Positions 11,621-24,240 of a DNA stretch of 64,000 nt are shown here, one piece after another. Source of the DNA: Lama guanicoe. Lineage: Eukaryota. How positions within the stretch are numbered: the stretch's first letter is position 1; each line of letters begins with the position of its first letter. The notes beneath the pieces are model-generated. The model saw only the letters and a program-made list of their open reading frames with translations. It was not told the origin of the DNA and made no database searches. Location: assembly GCA_013239625.1 (NCBI GenBank), contig MU053365.1, positions 845,566 through 909,565 on the forward strand. Direction: 5' to 3'. Position numbers and translations under genes: made by a program.

Positions 11621-14444
11621 TATTACCTGAAGGGCACGACAAGGGCCCTGACCCAGCTTCTGCTTCCTGCAAAAGCCCAAGTCCTTGGCAGCACAGCATG
11701 TCTGTGCATGGGCAATCAGGAGTTAACCGTGGGCTAAAAATACATTTTATTTCAGCTCTTTTCTCGACGCCGAGAGATACTCAGCAAACTGTACTGCAGA
11801 ATTAGGACATGTGCAGTGTTAAACTGTGGCACAAAATCACAAGGAAACAACTAGAGGCGGGAAGGGCATTCAGTAACACGAGAAAAAAGTGAGAAATAAG
11901 CAATATGTCTCTGTTTTTCTCATCAGATTACTTGCCATATCGCATGGCTGTATTACCATTTCTTCAGATTTCATAGTCAAAAGAGGAAAATCATAATGTA
12001 CATACAAGCATTGCTTGATCAACTTAAACTAGACTAAAGGACCTATTGAACAGTGTCTTTTCCCAGGAAGACATTACAGGGCTTGTCCAGATCTAATTTT
12101 CCCAGTTCTGTACAATCAAGGAGTCCGTTAGATAAGATCTGAATAAACATTAATCACCCCAAACTCTAAGTCACCCCTGAGGTCAGCTGTCAAACATTGC
12201 CTGCTACCCTGGCCCGACTTCTCCGTGCTGGCTGCTGTGACACACAGCAGTGTGTAAATTACCAAGCTCCCTGCACCGTTACACCCTGCAGCACAGAAGA
12301 CAGAAAGCAAGAGACTCTGAGCCGTAATTCCAGCGTGTCACAACCCAACTTTTTAATCCATAGCCCAAGTATTTAGCAGTCAGAGACATGCCTCCTTATT
12401 CTACGATTTCTAGCAGGCACATTTCTATCCGGAAAACATTCATTTCACAACCATCCAAGAACCTAGGCGCCCTCAGAAATCTGGAAGAGGTCTTGCTTTT
12501 TAAAAAGCATTTCCTCCAAGGAAGGAAACAGGTGTCCTTACTTCATGGCATTCTGGGAATCAGGGCAGTCTCTCCCTGAAAAAAAAAAAAGGAAGAAAGA
12601 CTCCCCTGCTCCTTAAAACAAACTTTCCATAATCCTCCACTGCCTTCATTTAATTTGAAACATTTAATCTGTTTCCCAAAAACAATACCTCCTAGGATGT
12701 TTGCTGCGACTAACTGGCCACAGAGCAGAGGAAGAAGGAAAAAACGATGGACCAGGAGTCCCCAGTAAAAACCAGTAAGTCAGTTTCCTTTGCATCTTAC
12801 ACTCCCGGAAAAGCCCATACAAATGCGTAAAGTCCAGGCTCCTCTGCACACGGACGTTACAGTAGGGATCATTTTGCCTGGCATTCATTTGTCTGCTGTC
12901 TGTGTCCCCCCACAGGCTATGTGGTCCCTGTGGGCAAGGACCAAGGCTAACTCTTCTCTGATTCCTTGGTCCGTAGATCAAGGCCCAAGGCAGAGTAGAA
13001 AAGAGGTGGAGAGAGAAAAGTAAAGAGGGAGAGGAGAGAAATAAGGGTGGGTCCCTGCACAGCCAGCCAGATGAATGGAAGTCCCTAGATGGGGCTTTGT
13101 GCTCTAGTTTGCCCTGCCTAGTTCTGTCAAGATGCAGGGGAATTGAACCAGAAAAGCTTCATGAGCCTTCTGGTACTCTAGTTAAAAAAAAGGGGGGGGG
13201 GTGGTCTTTCGTAGTTCTATCCAAAGCAAGAATACTTTTGCAGGAAAAGTTAACGGTTTGGTTGCATTGTTTTCTCCTCCTCTTGTAATCTCGCTTGTCT
13301 TGCTCTGCAGAACCCCTTTGAAGACCCCTGGGCTCCCGAGATGCAGAGAAGATGGGCGGCAGAATTAGCCAGCAATTCTGAAACTCTGTGAACTCTTTTG
13401 GTGGACCCCCTCCCTTTTTTAAGCCTTCTGCTGTCTTTTCTTTTTCTTCAATTGCAGAAATTTACTGAGTGTGTCCTCTTGCTGGAGAAGAGACGTTTTT
13501 CTATGGCATTTGAAAACATCAGCATCATTTCGAGCAATTTGTCTCCAAACCTTAAGTATGACTAGCACAGCACCCTTTCTGAAATGTCCATCTCACCACT
13601 GTGTAGTGGTTTCATTTCTTTCTCAAGGCCAACCTCAGAAGTTTCAAGGCTTTGTGACAGCGACTGATAGTGTGAGAAGCAGCTCTTTCCGAGTGCCAAG
13701 AGAGGCATCTGCTGTGAGGCCCCCTCCCACCAGTGAGCTAGGACGGCTTTCCCCCAAACCTCCAATGTATTCAGCCTTCTGTGTTGCCAGGGCCTGGAGC
13801 TGCCTCAGAAATGATATCTCAGTGTAGAGTCTTCCGTATTACCGTGCTCCTCTGAAAGACCAGTGAGTCTCTCAGTTATTCATTTAACCAAAGGGACTGT
13901 GAACGTCGGCCGTGGACTCGGCGGAACGAGACCCAAAGAGAGAAATTCGCTTGAAAGCCACATTGTGATGTCCTGATCTTTTTTTTCACCTAAAAAAGAT
14001 TTTTATTAAGTAGATGTGCTAGGCTCTTTCTTTATAATAGTTTGTTTAGTTTTTTAATAGAATGTGAATTAAAAATTAAAAGGCACTTAGAAGCATCCCT
14101 TGTCCTCAAGGATGTAAGATGCACTAGGATGAGAACTGGCGATACCACCCACCTGTTCCTCCCCGGGGGGGTGTCTGGTGCACTGATTCAGTGCGCAGTG
14201 CATGGGGCATGGATAACTAAATGGGTAATGAGAACAGCAGAGAAGTCAAGCAGTAGAGACCTGGAGGAACCCTCGGGAAAAAGTTATTACTACAGTGTTT
14301 TATAAATGTATCTGACAATTAGAGTTATCTGGCTACCTGTTAAAAAATTTTGATTATCCAGCACCTACTCCAGACTTTCCGATTGCAGATCTATAGGGGA
14401 GGGAACTGGGATTTTTATTTTCAACAAGTTACTCTGGCGATTCT

Positions 14445-14905
14445 TTAATTTTAAATAGTACAATTCAGTGGTTTTTAGTATACTCACAAAGTTGTGCAAC
14501 CATCACCACCATCCAATTCCAGAACATTTTCATCATACTCCAAAAGGAAACTTCGTATTCATCAAGCAGTTGCTCCCAATCCCCCTTCCTCCAGATCGGA
14601 GCAACCACTAATCTTCTGTCTCTATGAATTTGCCTATTCTGGACATTTCATATAAATGGAATCATGTAATGTGTGGCCTTTTGCGTCTGGCTTCTTTCAA
14701 CTTGCATGATGTATTCAAGTTTCATCCGTGTTGTTACACGGATCCGTACTCCATTCCTCTTTTTGGCTGAATAATATTCCATTGTGTGAGCATACTGTGT
14801 TTTGTTTATCCATTTGCCAGTTGATGGACATCTGGGTTGTTTCCATTTTTGGACTAATATGAATAATGCAGCTATGAGCGTTCGTTGTCTGGATGTATTT
14901 TCAGT
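14445..14905 (-). mobile_element. L1MB-like 3' end
   Basis: Minus ORF 14648-14935 (LIAALFILVQKWKQPRCPSTGKWINK...HTMEYYSAKKRN) is the L1 ORF2p C-terminus, followed by L1M 3'UTR motifs. Confidence 0.9.
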
Positions 14906-17900
14906 TCTCTCCCAAATGTTGGTGATGGCTGGCAAAGATCAGTGTCCTGGAGTTGGGGAAACAGACAGGATTTGGGGAGGGGCCAAGTTCCAAGTTCACA
15001 CAAGGAGGAGTCAGTGGCGGAGCTGGACCCAGAGCCCCAAACTCTTGACTTCCCAGCCAGGATACTGTCCCTTCCCCACAGTGGCCATCTTGGTCAGAAA
15101 TCTGTGTGAACATTTAAAAAATATTTCTTCCCAGGGGTTTGAAGGAGTACTGAGGGTGAGCTGCCACATCTGAACAACCCATAATTGGTGAGGGCTTGTC
15201 AGCAACTGGGTTGAGTAACTGCTTCTACCAAACAGTTACAACCCATTGGAAAAAAATGGATAGCTTCTTGGGGACCCTCACTCATTTAGCATGGGTTGAG
15301 AGTGGATAATATAACCATTGACTCATCTACCTGGAGGAAGTTAAAGTCACTTCCATTTCTCTGTCGGATACCCTAGAGTGGCATTGAGCGTGCTTTTTCT
15401 TGGAAACACTCTCCACTTGGCCGACTGCTATCATTGTTGAACTTGAACATTTGAAGGAGAAACGGTCTGCGAACAGGCACCAATTTTTCGGTGCAGCATG
15501 ACTTGTAGGGGCAAATGGCCACTGGGGACTTATTTTCTAGGCACCAAATACTGATTGAAGGCGTAGTTAACTATGTATGAAATTTTAGCTCCCTCAATTA
15601 ATTGGGGGCACTAAATTATGGCTGCTCCAAAGAGCAGAAAAGACTTTATGAAAATTGAACCCGTTAAAGGGAATTCTCCCAGGTTAAGAGCAATAAACCA
15701 CAGCAGCCTGCAATAATGATGACCTTTAGCAAGAACAGCTAACTTCCCTGTCAGGGAACAGGTATCAGAGGGCTGCATTTGAGCCTGTGCAAAAAGAGCT
15801 GGCAAAAGGCCAGTCCAGTTAGGCTAGACCAACGATTAGTCCTAAAAGTAAATCAGAGTGAGTTTGGTTGCTTAATCAGCATTCACAATATTAACGACGG
15901 TCCTCTTTCATTCTTTTTTTCAAAAAGATATCTGACAATAAATATTTTTTCTGTGCTGCTCAGTAGCTTCTCCTTCCAAAAGCAATTCATCTGTAGATTA
16001 AACAACACCTAGTACAGAGTAAGTACTCCACATGTGCTCTGAATGAATGAATTGATGATGGGGTTTACCGAGGAAATGGACCCTGCCCTCGAAAGCTTGC
16101 AATAAGCATAGATGAAAATCCTAGAACATTTACAAAGTGACAGTAATTGAGGGCATAGTAATGGGATTCCCACCCTCCCCTCAAAGAAGACTAGAATTAG
16201 AAGTTCCAAGGATACATATGAAAACATCAGAATGGGGGGCCAGGGTCAGAAGGACTTCTTAAACATACTGGCCTGAGCTAGACTTCAGAGAAGTAATGGT
16301 ATATCAGAACCTTATATAAATGAATATAAAAAAGCATTCATACATTACCTGTTTAATAATAATAACAATAGAAGTAATAGAATGGAACTGATGTTAAGAT
16401 GGAAAAAGAAGAGCAAAAGCAAAGGAACATGAGTAGGAATAAAGGGACCGTGCCCAGAAGGTCAGAAAAGTTCAGGCACCCTTTTCAATTCCATCATCCT
16501 CTGCTGTCAGGAACTGCCTGGCTTCCTGCCCTCGGTTTGTAAGCATACCCACAGCCAAGTCAGCTTCCATCCCGCGGACGCCTGTTGCCTAGTACTGGCC
16601 CTGGACGGGATGCACAGCCCCTACCTGACAATAATGTTACCTCCAGTGCTGCTGCTCAGACCCCGCACTTCTGTGCGTAGGACCCGTAGTCCGGGTTGTG
16701 AGTTGGTAACCTCTTGCTCCCAGCCGCTCTGATCACCGGTGTCCCAGCCTCCACGTTCTCCAGGACTGTTTCCCCACCGGCGTGATTGCTCGGGCCGGTC
16801 TCCCCCTGCCTCCTCCCTGGGAAAGTTGTCACTTCATGAGGCCGAGTTTCTGTCTGTGTTTCAGCTCTGGGCCTCGAGATGCAAACTCCCCACCTGGACC
16901 GACGGGAACTGGCAGGACAAACCCTATACAAAATTTTCACCTCCTAGCTAGGGTCCTTTACTGCCTGGTCCTTACCACCTAGTGAACGCGTCGGTCTCTC
17001 CTGCTCACACTGTACTCCCCGACACCGGCCCTGCCGCTTCAGCTCTCTGAATTCTTTCATCACGTATCTCTGAAAATATGATTACTTACTCACACTTCTG
17101 GAGATTCATTCATTAACTAAATATTCATTAAGCACTGACTATGGGCCAGGCTCTACGATACAGGGACAAACGTGGAGCGTTCAGTTGGAGGCAAAGATAT
17201 AGATGTTAAATAATCATTCAGCTCACTTTATAGGTAACCAGGAGAGCAGCCACTGTTGTCCCGTCAGCATCTCCATCCCAGGCAGTTACTTGGGCTAAAG
17301 GATACTCACTTTGGAACCCCTGGGGCCCACTGAGATTACAGCTGAGCACCCTGCCCAGCAAAGTGACCACACTCAAAAAGGCAAGACAAAGGAACTCCGT
17401 TCATTTTAAAGCTTCTGCCAGGTGTTTGCGTAGCTAAGTGGTGGCCATTAAGAGGTAAGTACCCTGGTAATGGCTTCCATTTCTTATGCACCTACAGGCC
17501 CCTGAGGCAAAGTCTTGAAAGCACTAAAAGGAACAAAGAGGGACTGACCCAGCTCTGCATAACAGAGTAAACGCTATCTCCCGAGTGGGCTTGGGTTAGC
17601 TGGGCCAACGGCTGTGGAGTCAGGAAACATTTCTCTCCCTTAACAAGAATTTAGACAACTCTGTTTGGAGAATCTGTGTCCTTCGGAAATGTGCAGATGT
17701 CTGTCTGTATGCCTGTGTTTCTTTCCAATTAGTACCCACTGGATCACCTGCAAGGAGGTGACAAGTGAGTGAGCCCTTCCCTCCAGCAGGGAGATGTCAA
17801 AGGGCCTGGGAGGGGAGAGCAGAGGCCTATCTGGAGGTCCTGCTGAAGCCCCCACCCTATACCCCCAGGACTCATTCTAAACTAGGCCTGAGTTTGGGGT

Positions 17901-18126
17901 GTGAGCTGTGGGAAATCATTGCAGCCCAGGACGGAAGGCATGGATTCTACTAAGGGCCTGTCCAGTCCCTCTGGGTAGGGGTGACCCTCTCTAAAGCTAA
18001 GTGGGGACCCACAGAGGAGGTCTGAAGGTGGGGGTGCTCTCTGAAGAGACGGGGGCTGTGCAGGGCTCCAGCCCAGGGACGATAAAACATTCCTAAGTAC
18101 TGGAGTCAACCCGTAAGTGGATTTCC

Positions 18127-18619
18127 TGTGAAAGCTTGTATGTGTATGTTTGTCCTGATGACACTCATTTCATTTTTTATGGCAAGACAAGAAAAATTTA
18201 AACAAAATTTAAACAAAATTTTTCTCTGCCCATTTGGGCCTCCTCCCTCCCCTTTCATGTATATTGTGTATCTGCATTAACCAGACCTCCTTAGGAGATA
18301 ACAGTCCTTGTTAATCTTGGAAAGAGTCAGGGTGACCCACCACTTGATAACTCCTCAGGAGGTAACTTTCCTTCTTAATCTTCTCAGGGATCACGATGAC
18401 CCACTACTCACTGGGTTGTGCCAACTGTCACTAATATGTCATTTGATGCATAATCCTTTGTTTTCAAAAACTTATATAACTGTGTTTTGACCTCTAATAG
18501 GCAGAACAGTCCTCAGAGCTTTCTGAAGGACTGCCTCCCAGGTTATAATCCTCAGGTTGGCTTCAATAAAACTTTGTATTTCTTTCTTAGATCGACTACT
18601 GATTAATTTTTCATTGGCA
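18127..18619 (+). mobile_element. 5' LTR of a class I (ERV1-type) endogenous retrovirus
   Basis: Starts with TG and ends with CA. TATA-like cttatataac at 18471-18480 and AATAAA at 18565-18570. Directly followed by an ERV leader and gag remnant. Confidence 0.7.
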
Positions 18620-21600
18620 TATGCATGGCAGAATTAACAGAATATCATAGCTGTATGCCTGTGTTTCTTTCCAATTAGTACCCACTGGATCACAGGACAC
18701 CTGGAGTCTACCCCAAACCAGCGCTCAGTCCCAGCATGGGCCCACTGTGCCCCGCTGGCTGCTCGGTACTGCTCGGGTGTTCTGGTGAGCTCTCCAGATA
18801 TCCTGATATCCAGATTTCATTGTTTTAAAGTGATGATCCTAAAAATTTTATTTGAGCTGTTTTTAACCTTAGACTTAAGAATCTTAAGGGGCACCAGGGC
18901 ATTTCCTAGGCAGGGACCTAGGCGGTCTGGGCAGTAGGCCCAGGGAAACATGTGTGGCTGGGTTTTTGTTAAATTTGGCTTAAATTAAAAAAAAAAAAAG
19001 AAAAACAAGTTGATATACGGTCTGAACAAAACTTTTGCTAGGAAATGACAGACAGAATTATTCAGCTCCAAACATCAAGAGACATTGGCTCCTTCTGGCC
19101 GCAAGGCATTCTCAGGTGACTGAGAACCTAATGGAAGTGTCTGAGGATCAGTCCGTGTGACATGCAGCGATTCTACAGGGGAACCCCATTACAACCATTA
19201 AGGAAATACTCTCCTTCCGGGCTCACATGATATAAAGACTGATCGTCCTGTGTTCTGAGCACCCATGGTGGTTTTTGACTGTTGGAGGGAGAAACCAAGA
19301 CACATAAAGCAGGTGAACCCACCCAAGGTAATTCCTTGGGGAGTTAAGCTAGACTCAGAAGCAGCACACATCTAACCCACCACACTGTCCTCAGAAAGTT
19401 GTTCAGATTATGTCTCATGTCTGAATTAAACTACCAAATTGATTGTGGGAAATTGTGCCTCAAAGGCCAAAGAGCCCCAGGACAGCCAGCCACCTACAGA
19501 TGTACCAGCTGGGTTTACGTATGCTTGCAAGTGCTTACTTAATTGAAAATTAAAGGAAGTCTCACCCTGAAATGGCCAAGATGGGGCTCTTTTTTTGACG
19601 TTCTAAAACTGAATTTTGTGCACACAGTTAGACGAAGCTGGTAGAAGGTAAGTTCTTAACATGTCAGTCTGTCTTCTGGAACTTGTCTGCAGGGTCCACT
19701 GGAAACAAGAGTGGGAAGAGGTTTTCATTCTTCTAAAGTTAGATAAGCAGGAGGAAATATTGGTAGGGCTAGCTCTTTGGATCCTTTGAATTGGAAAGAC
19801 TTCTAAATTGTTAAAATTTTAGAGAACTCACATGTTAAACTATTGTACCTACTTTAATTGGTATGCAGACGCTCCAGAAGGCTTCAAAATTAAAAAAAAA
19901 AAAGCCTCATTGAAAGATTTGTTGCAGAAGGCTGGTGAAAAATTAATGATATAAAAGTTACCCAAAACAAAAAACCCTCTACGACTGACATGACTGCTCC
20001 CCTCCATCGTCCTTTAGCTGAGTACTCACTCTAGTCATCCTCTGTCTGAATTGCCTTTCTCTTCTGAAGACACTATTAAAAGGTTACCTTTAGCAATGGG
20101 ACCACTTGAGGCTCTTCCTGTCAAGGACAAACTAAGGGCCATAGTTCAAGAATTTCTTAAACCCAGGGAGGATCCTCAAAAGTTTTGTAAATGGATTATC
20201 AAGATGGGAGGCCACTAGCCTGACTAAAAGGACCGCAGCTGATATTCAGAGCCTGCCAGGAATTTGAAGGCGCTTTCTCCCCAAAGCTAAATGAAGGAAA
20301 GAAAAACATTCCAACACAGGTGAATCGGGATGGCAGCCTTTTGATACCATTTGGGTAGCCACTCAATTTTTTGAGGAATTAAAAACAGCTGTTCTTGCTT
20401 TACAACTCCAGTCTTTTCAGGACCATAGATGTGGCTCTGGCAACAATCCAAAGCCCCTCAATACTTTGGCCATTCCCGAAACCTCCCCTGTTTATATTAA
20501 GAGTCTTGCAAGTAAAAGAGTCTAGCCTTGAGAGGAACAAAAGTTCTCTTAGGAGGAACATGCATTTCTCTTCCTGTGCCTTTGAGATGCAAATGTTCTA
20601 CCTGGTCTTCTTCAGGAACTCTTAACTAGGTCATCTTTTTAAAATTCAAATTTCAGGAAGGTTGCTGCCTTCCAAAGAATAAACAGGCGGGATAGGTAAT
20701 TTGGAACTTGGCTTGTCAAGGACAACTACATATCTTCAGTGTCTTCTCTAAATATTAGTAAAAAGCGTTTCGCCATCTAAATGGGAGACCTTGATTTGTG
20801 CCATCTGCCAGAAATTCAGTTTGAATCTAATCGCTTCTGTAAGTGATAGGTTTTGTATTATTGTACCTGATTCATGGCTGGAATTTCAGAATGGGAACTA
20901 TGGGGTCTCTGTGTCTGTTTATGTTTTGAATGTATCTATATATGTGTGTTGCAGATGTGTGGTATTGCCAAAATGAATTTGTAAAAGAGCCCTACTTAAT
21001 TGGCTTAAAGGAAATTAAGCACTGATATAAATACTCAGAAAAAGAAACTAACCCAAATGAATTTCACAATCATGTCATCTAGGATTAATTTTTAATGAAT
21101 GAAAACAAGTTTAACTTTGTTGGTTTAATTAATACAGACATGTCTTTAGAGTCATCAACATTAAGTATACTTTTATTGTACCCAGGTTTACTAGAAGTCA
21201 AATAAGACCTCATTATTCCTGTTATAAAATTTGTCAGCAAGAAAATAACTTGAAATGATGAAACTTTAAAGTAAATTAAATGTAAATGAGATAAGAGTAG
21301 ATTAACTGTTTTGGAATAATTATGTTTTAGCTTATCTACTTCAGATAGTTTCTCCAGATTTTTAGTAACTTGAAATTATTAAATTAAGTTAAATGATGAG
21401 AATTCATGGAATATCTGGATCGTTTCCAAATAAGCTACTGGAACATTAACTGCTAAACAAGTCTAAGTTTACCTACTTTTGTCTTATTAGAGGAAAACTA
21501 AAGATATTTGGGTTCACTGGACATGTGCCCCATTGAGGAAACAAATTGGGTTACAGGATAAATTCACCAATTTGGCAATCAGGAAATGCTACAATGACAA

Positions 21601-24240
21601 AAAGTTCAAAATTACTTGCTTTGTAGTTTTTGCTAGAAACTAAAGGTTTTTAAGGTTAAGAATTCTAATTAAAATATGTAATTAAAACTACTAAAATTAA
21701 TAAGTAAAACGTCTTTGTACACAAGGAAAAAATAAGGTATAAGGAATGTAAATGCAGTTTCTTAAGGGAAAAGAAAATAAGGGACAAATTAATATGGATA
21801 GAGAGTTGTAGAGAATTTGCGAGAAAAAAAAAAGAATCCTTAGGAGGGAATTCTATGTGTGGTCAGGACTTACTAATATTAGAATAAATTTAATTGAGTA
21901 AATGAATGTTAATTTTAAAGTTGTAGTGGTACAAAACCTGAATATGGTTTTCTCTTTAAGGGAACAGTTTTCTTAGAACATTAATCTGCTTTGATAACAG
22001 ATTGTAAAGTTTCTTCAACTTTTAAGTAATCTGTTATAACATTCTGTATTTGTTTTTGAAATCTCTTATTGTCACTTTGGTTAAGTGAATAAGTATTGTT
22101 CCACAGTGACCTATGATTCTATTTGACCAAATGTTTTGAAATCTTTTTGATATTTTTTATAGACTTCCCAAAGATAAATTCTAGTTAAAGTTTATTGGAC
22201 TTCTAGCTAACTTTGAAGTTTTCCAAAGGGCCCTGGAATACCTCAGGAGTACTATTTTCTCTCCTTATCATGGCAAGATATCACACTAATTAAGCTTACT
22301 TGGTATGTTTAATTACATGGGAAGCATTGTAAAATGACTGGTAAACCTTCTTATGCTACATTGTATGGGTAAAGATCATTAATGTAAATGTTCTAGAAAT
22401 TATATAAATATTTCTAAGAGTTGAATATGTTCTGGTAAAATGTTATCAGTCATCAGAATTATCTGTTATCAGATAATTCTAGTTATTATCTTAAAATATT
22501 ATATGCTGCCACAATAACCAAGTTTGTCAATTGCATTGTAATCAGATCTTTAACCTTGCTGTTTTAAGCCTTTGTTACTTATAGGCAGTTATTGTTGTAC
22601 TCTGATGCTTTTGCAAAAACTGCTTCATTTTCAAAGAGATTCATGGAAAAGACTTTTTGACAAGTACAAGATTCTGATAATTTTTAAATCATACCATTGA
22701 ACTGGGTAAGAAATTAAAGAATTCTAATGAAAAACCTAATGGCTTTATGAAACTATTAACAGAAGATTAACAATAAGAATTAGTCACATAGGACAGAGTG
22801 AACTGATGAATATGGTTATAATTCGTTTTTTGGTTTTTGTTTTTTGCTTTTTGTCTGAAATACTACTGGTATTTAATTTGTGTTTCGATATATAAGGAAA
22901 CCCTTCCCCTAAAGAGTCAGGTAAAAGACTCCTTACAGTCACTCATATTAGGCCACCTCTCCTGAATGGACTGCAACTCCTGTTTCTGACAACGAACTTT
23001 GACTAAGACCAGCACTACCAGACCAGAATGAGAAGACAACATCTGAAGAAGATAGCTGATGCAAGATGCCAGACCAGGTCTGTATACTAATTACTTTGAC
23101 AATTGCTCATGCTTTTGCTTATGAACCAAATGTATCTCTTCCTTTGGCTCAATCATTTGCAAGTGTGAACAATCCATCCAATTGCTGGGTTTATGGCCAA
23201 TTACCTACTCCTAGGTTACCTTGATGGATTTCTCCTCTCTAAGACTTTAATTGAATGGCCCTTAGAAATTTAAATTTAGAAGACTGCAAGCTACCATTAC
23301 TGCCAATATCACTAAGTGGGACCCTCTTACCTGGCCAATTAATGACACTTGTTCTAAACCTGGCCATAAATATTCCTTTACACTAGATGGTAAATACTCT
23401 GTAGTTCCTAACAGGACCCAATGGATTTATGGAACAGTTTATGGCCTTGGCTTTCCCCAGGTTGATTAGGAAGATGTACAATTGGTTTCCTTTGGGCTCA
23501 AGGTCACCTATGGTTAGCTTGTCAATTTGCCTTTAATGCAAGCGCACTGGGTTTTGATCAGTTTTCCAATGGTACGACCATCTGGCCATGATATTCGTTC
23601 CTTAACTTGAGATAGAAGGTATTATTAATCACGTGGAGGCTTTAACAAAAGTTACTCAGCAAGCATTAAATGATAGTACTCAAGCCAATAGCTTTCACAA
23701 TTCAGAAGTCTCCAAGATGAGAAAAGTGGTCCTACAAAACTGCATGGCCCTTGATATTCTGACTGCTTCTGATGAGAGAATTTGTGCTATAATACATACT
23801 GAATATGTTCTACTTGATGTATTCTGATGTAATTTATTTCATGACACAGATGAAGAATCAAATTTCTTCTCTAAATGATCCTCTTCCCAGTTTAGGGGAA
23901 ATATTAGGAAAATGGTTTGGCTTAGGAGAATCTTGGCTTAAACCTTACTAATGGCAATTTTGATTACAGTTTGTGTAACTTATAAAGTGATAGTTTCTTG
24001 CCTTTCATGCTGTGTATCATCTACTCCTACTAAGATAATGATATCTAAACAACATGAAACTATTGGTCACATCTATAATTCTCTATAAATTAATGAACAT
24101 GCACCATGCACATGCAATGTAAAATTGGCATAAGTCCTATTGAACAACTTGGAATTGACTGTTAGTCCTTGCAGACATCTTACTACTACAACCCCCTAAA
24201 AGGAGAGAAAGAACCAGGGTATTAAGACCCAACATCAGGG
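18620..24240 (+). mobile_element. Decayed ERV1 internal region (MER4-group-like, non-autonomous): leader, gag remnant, AT-rich segment in place of pol, env remnant
   Basis: Gag-like motifs WPRWGSF (19573-19593) and LRAIVQEFLKPREDPQKF (20132-20185). A long AT-rich stretch at about 20.9-22.9 kb has no RT motifs. env motifs follow downstream. Confidence 0.8.
23080..24060 (+). pseudogene. env: ERV env remnant (SU N-terminal CWxC-like motif and TM ectodomain with immunosuppressive domain), disrupted
   Basis: NCWVYGQLP at 23180-23206 (decayed CWVC). ORF 23633-23827 (ALTKVTQQALNDS...RKVVLQNCMALDILTASDERICAIIHTEY) matches the heptad repeat, the LQNRxxLDxL immunosuppressive domain and a decayed CX6CC of gamma-type env. 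Stops and frameshifts are present. Confidence 0.85.
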
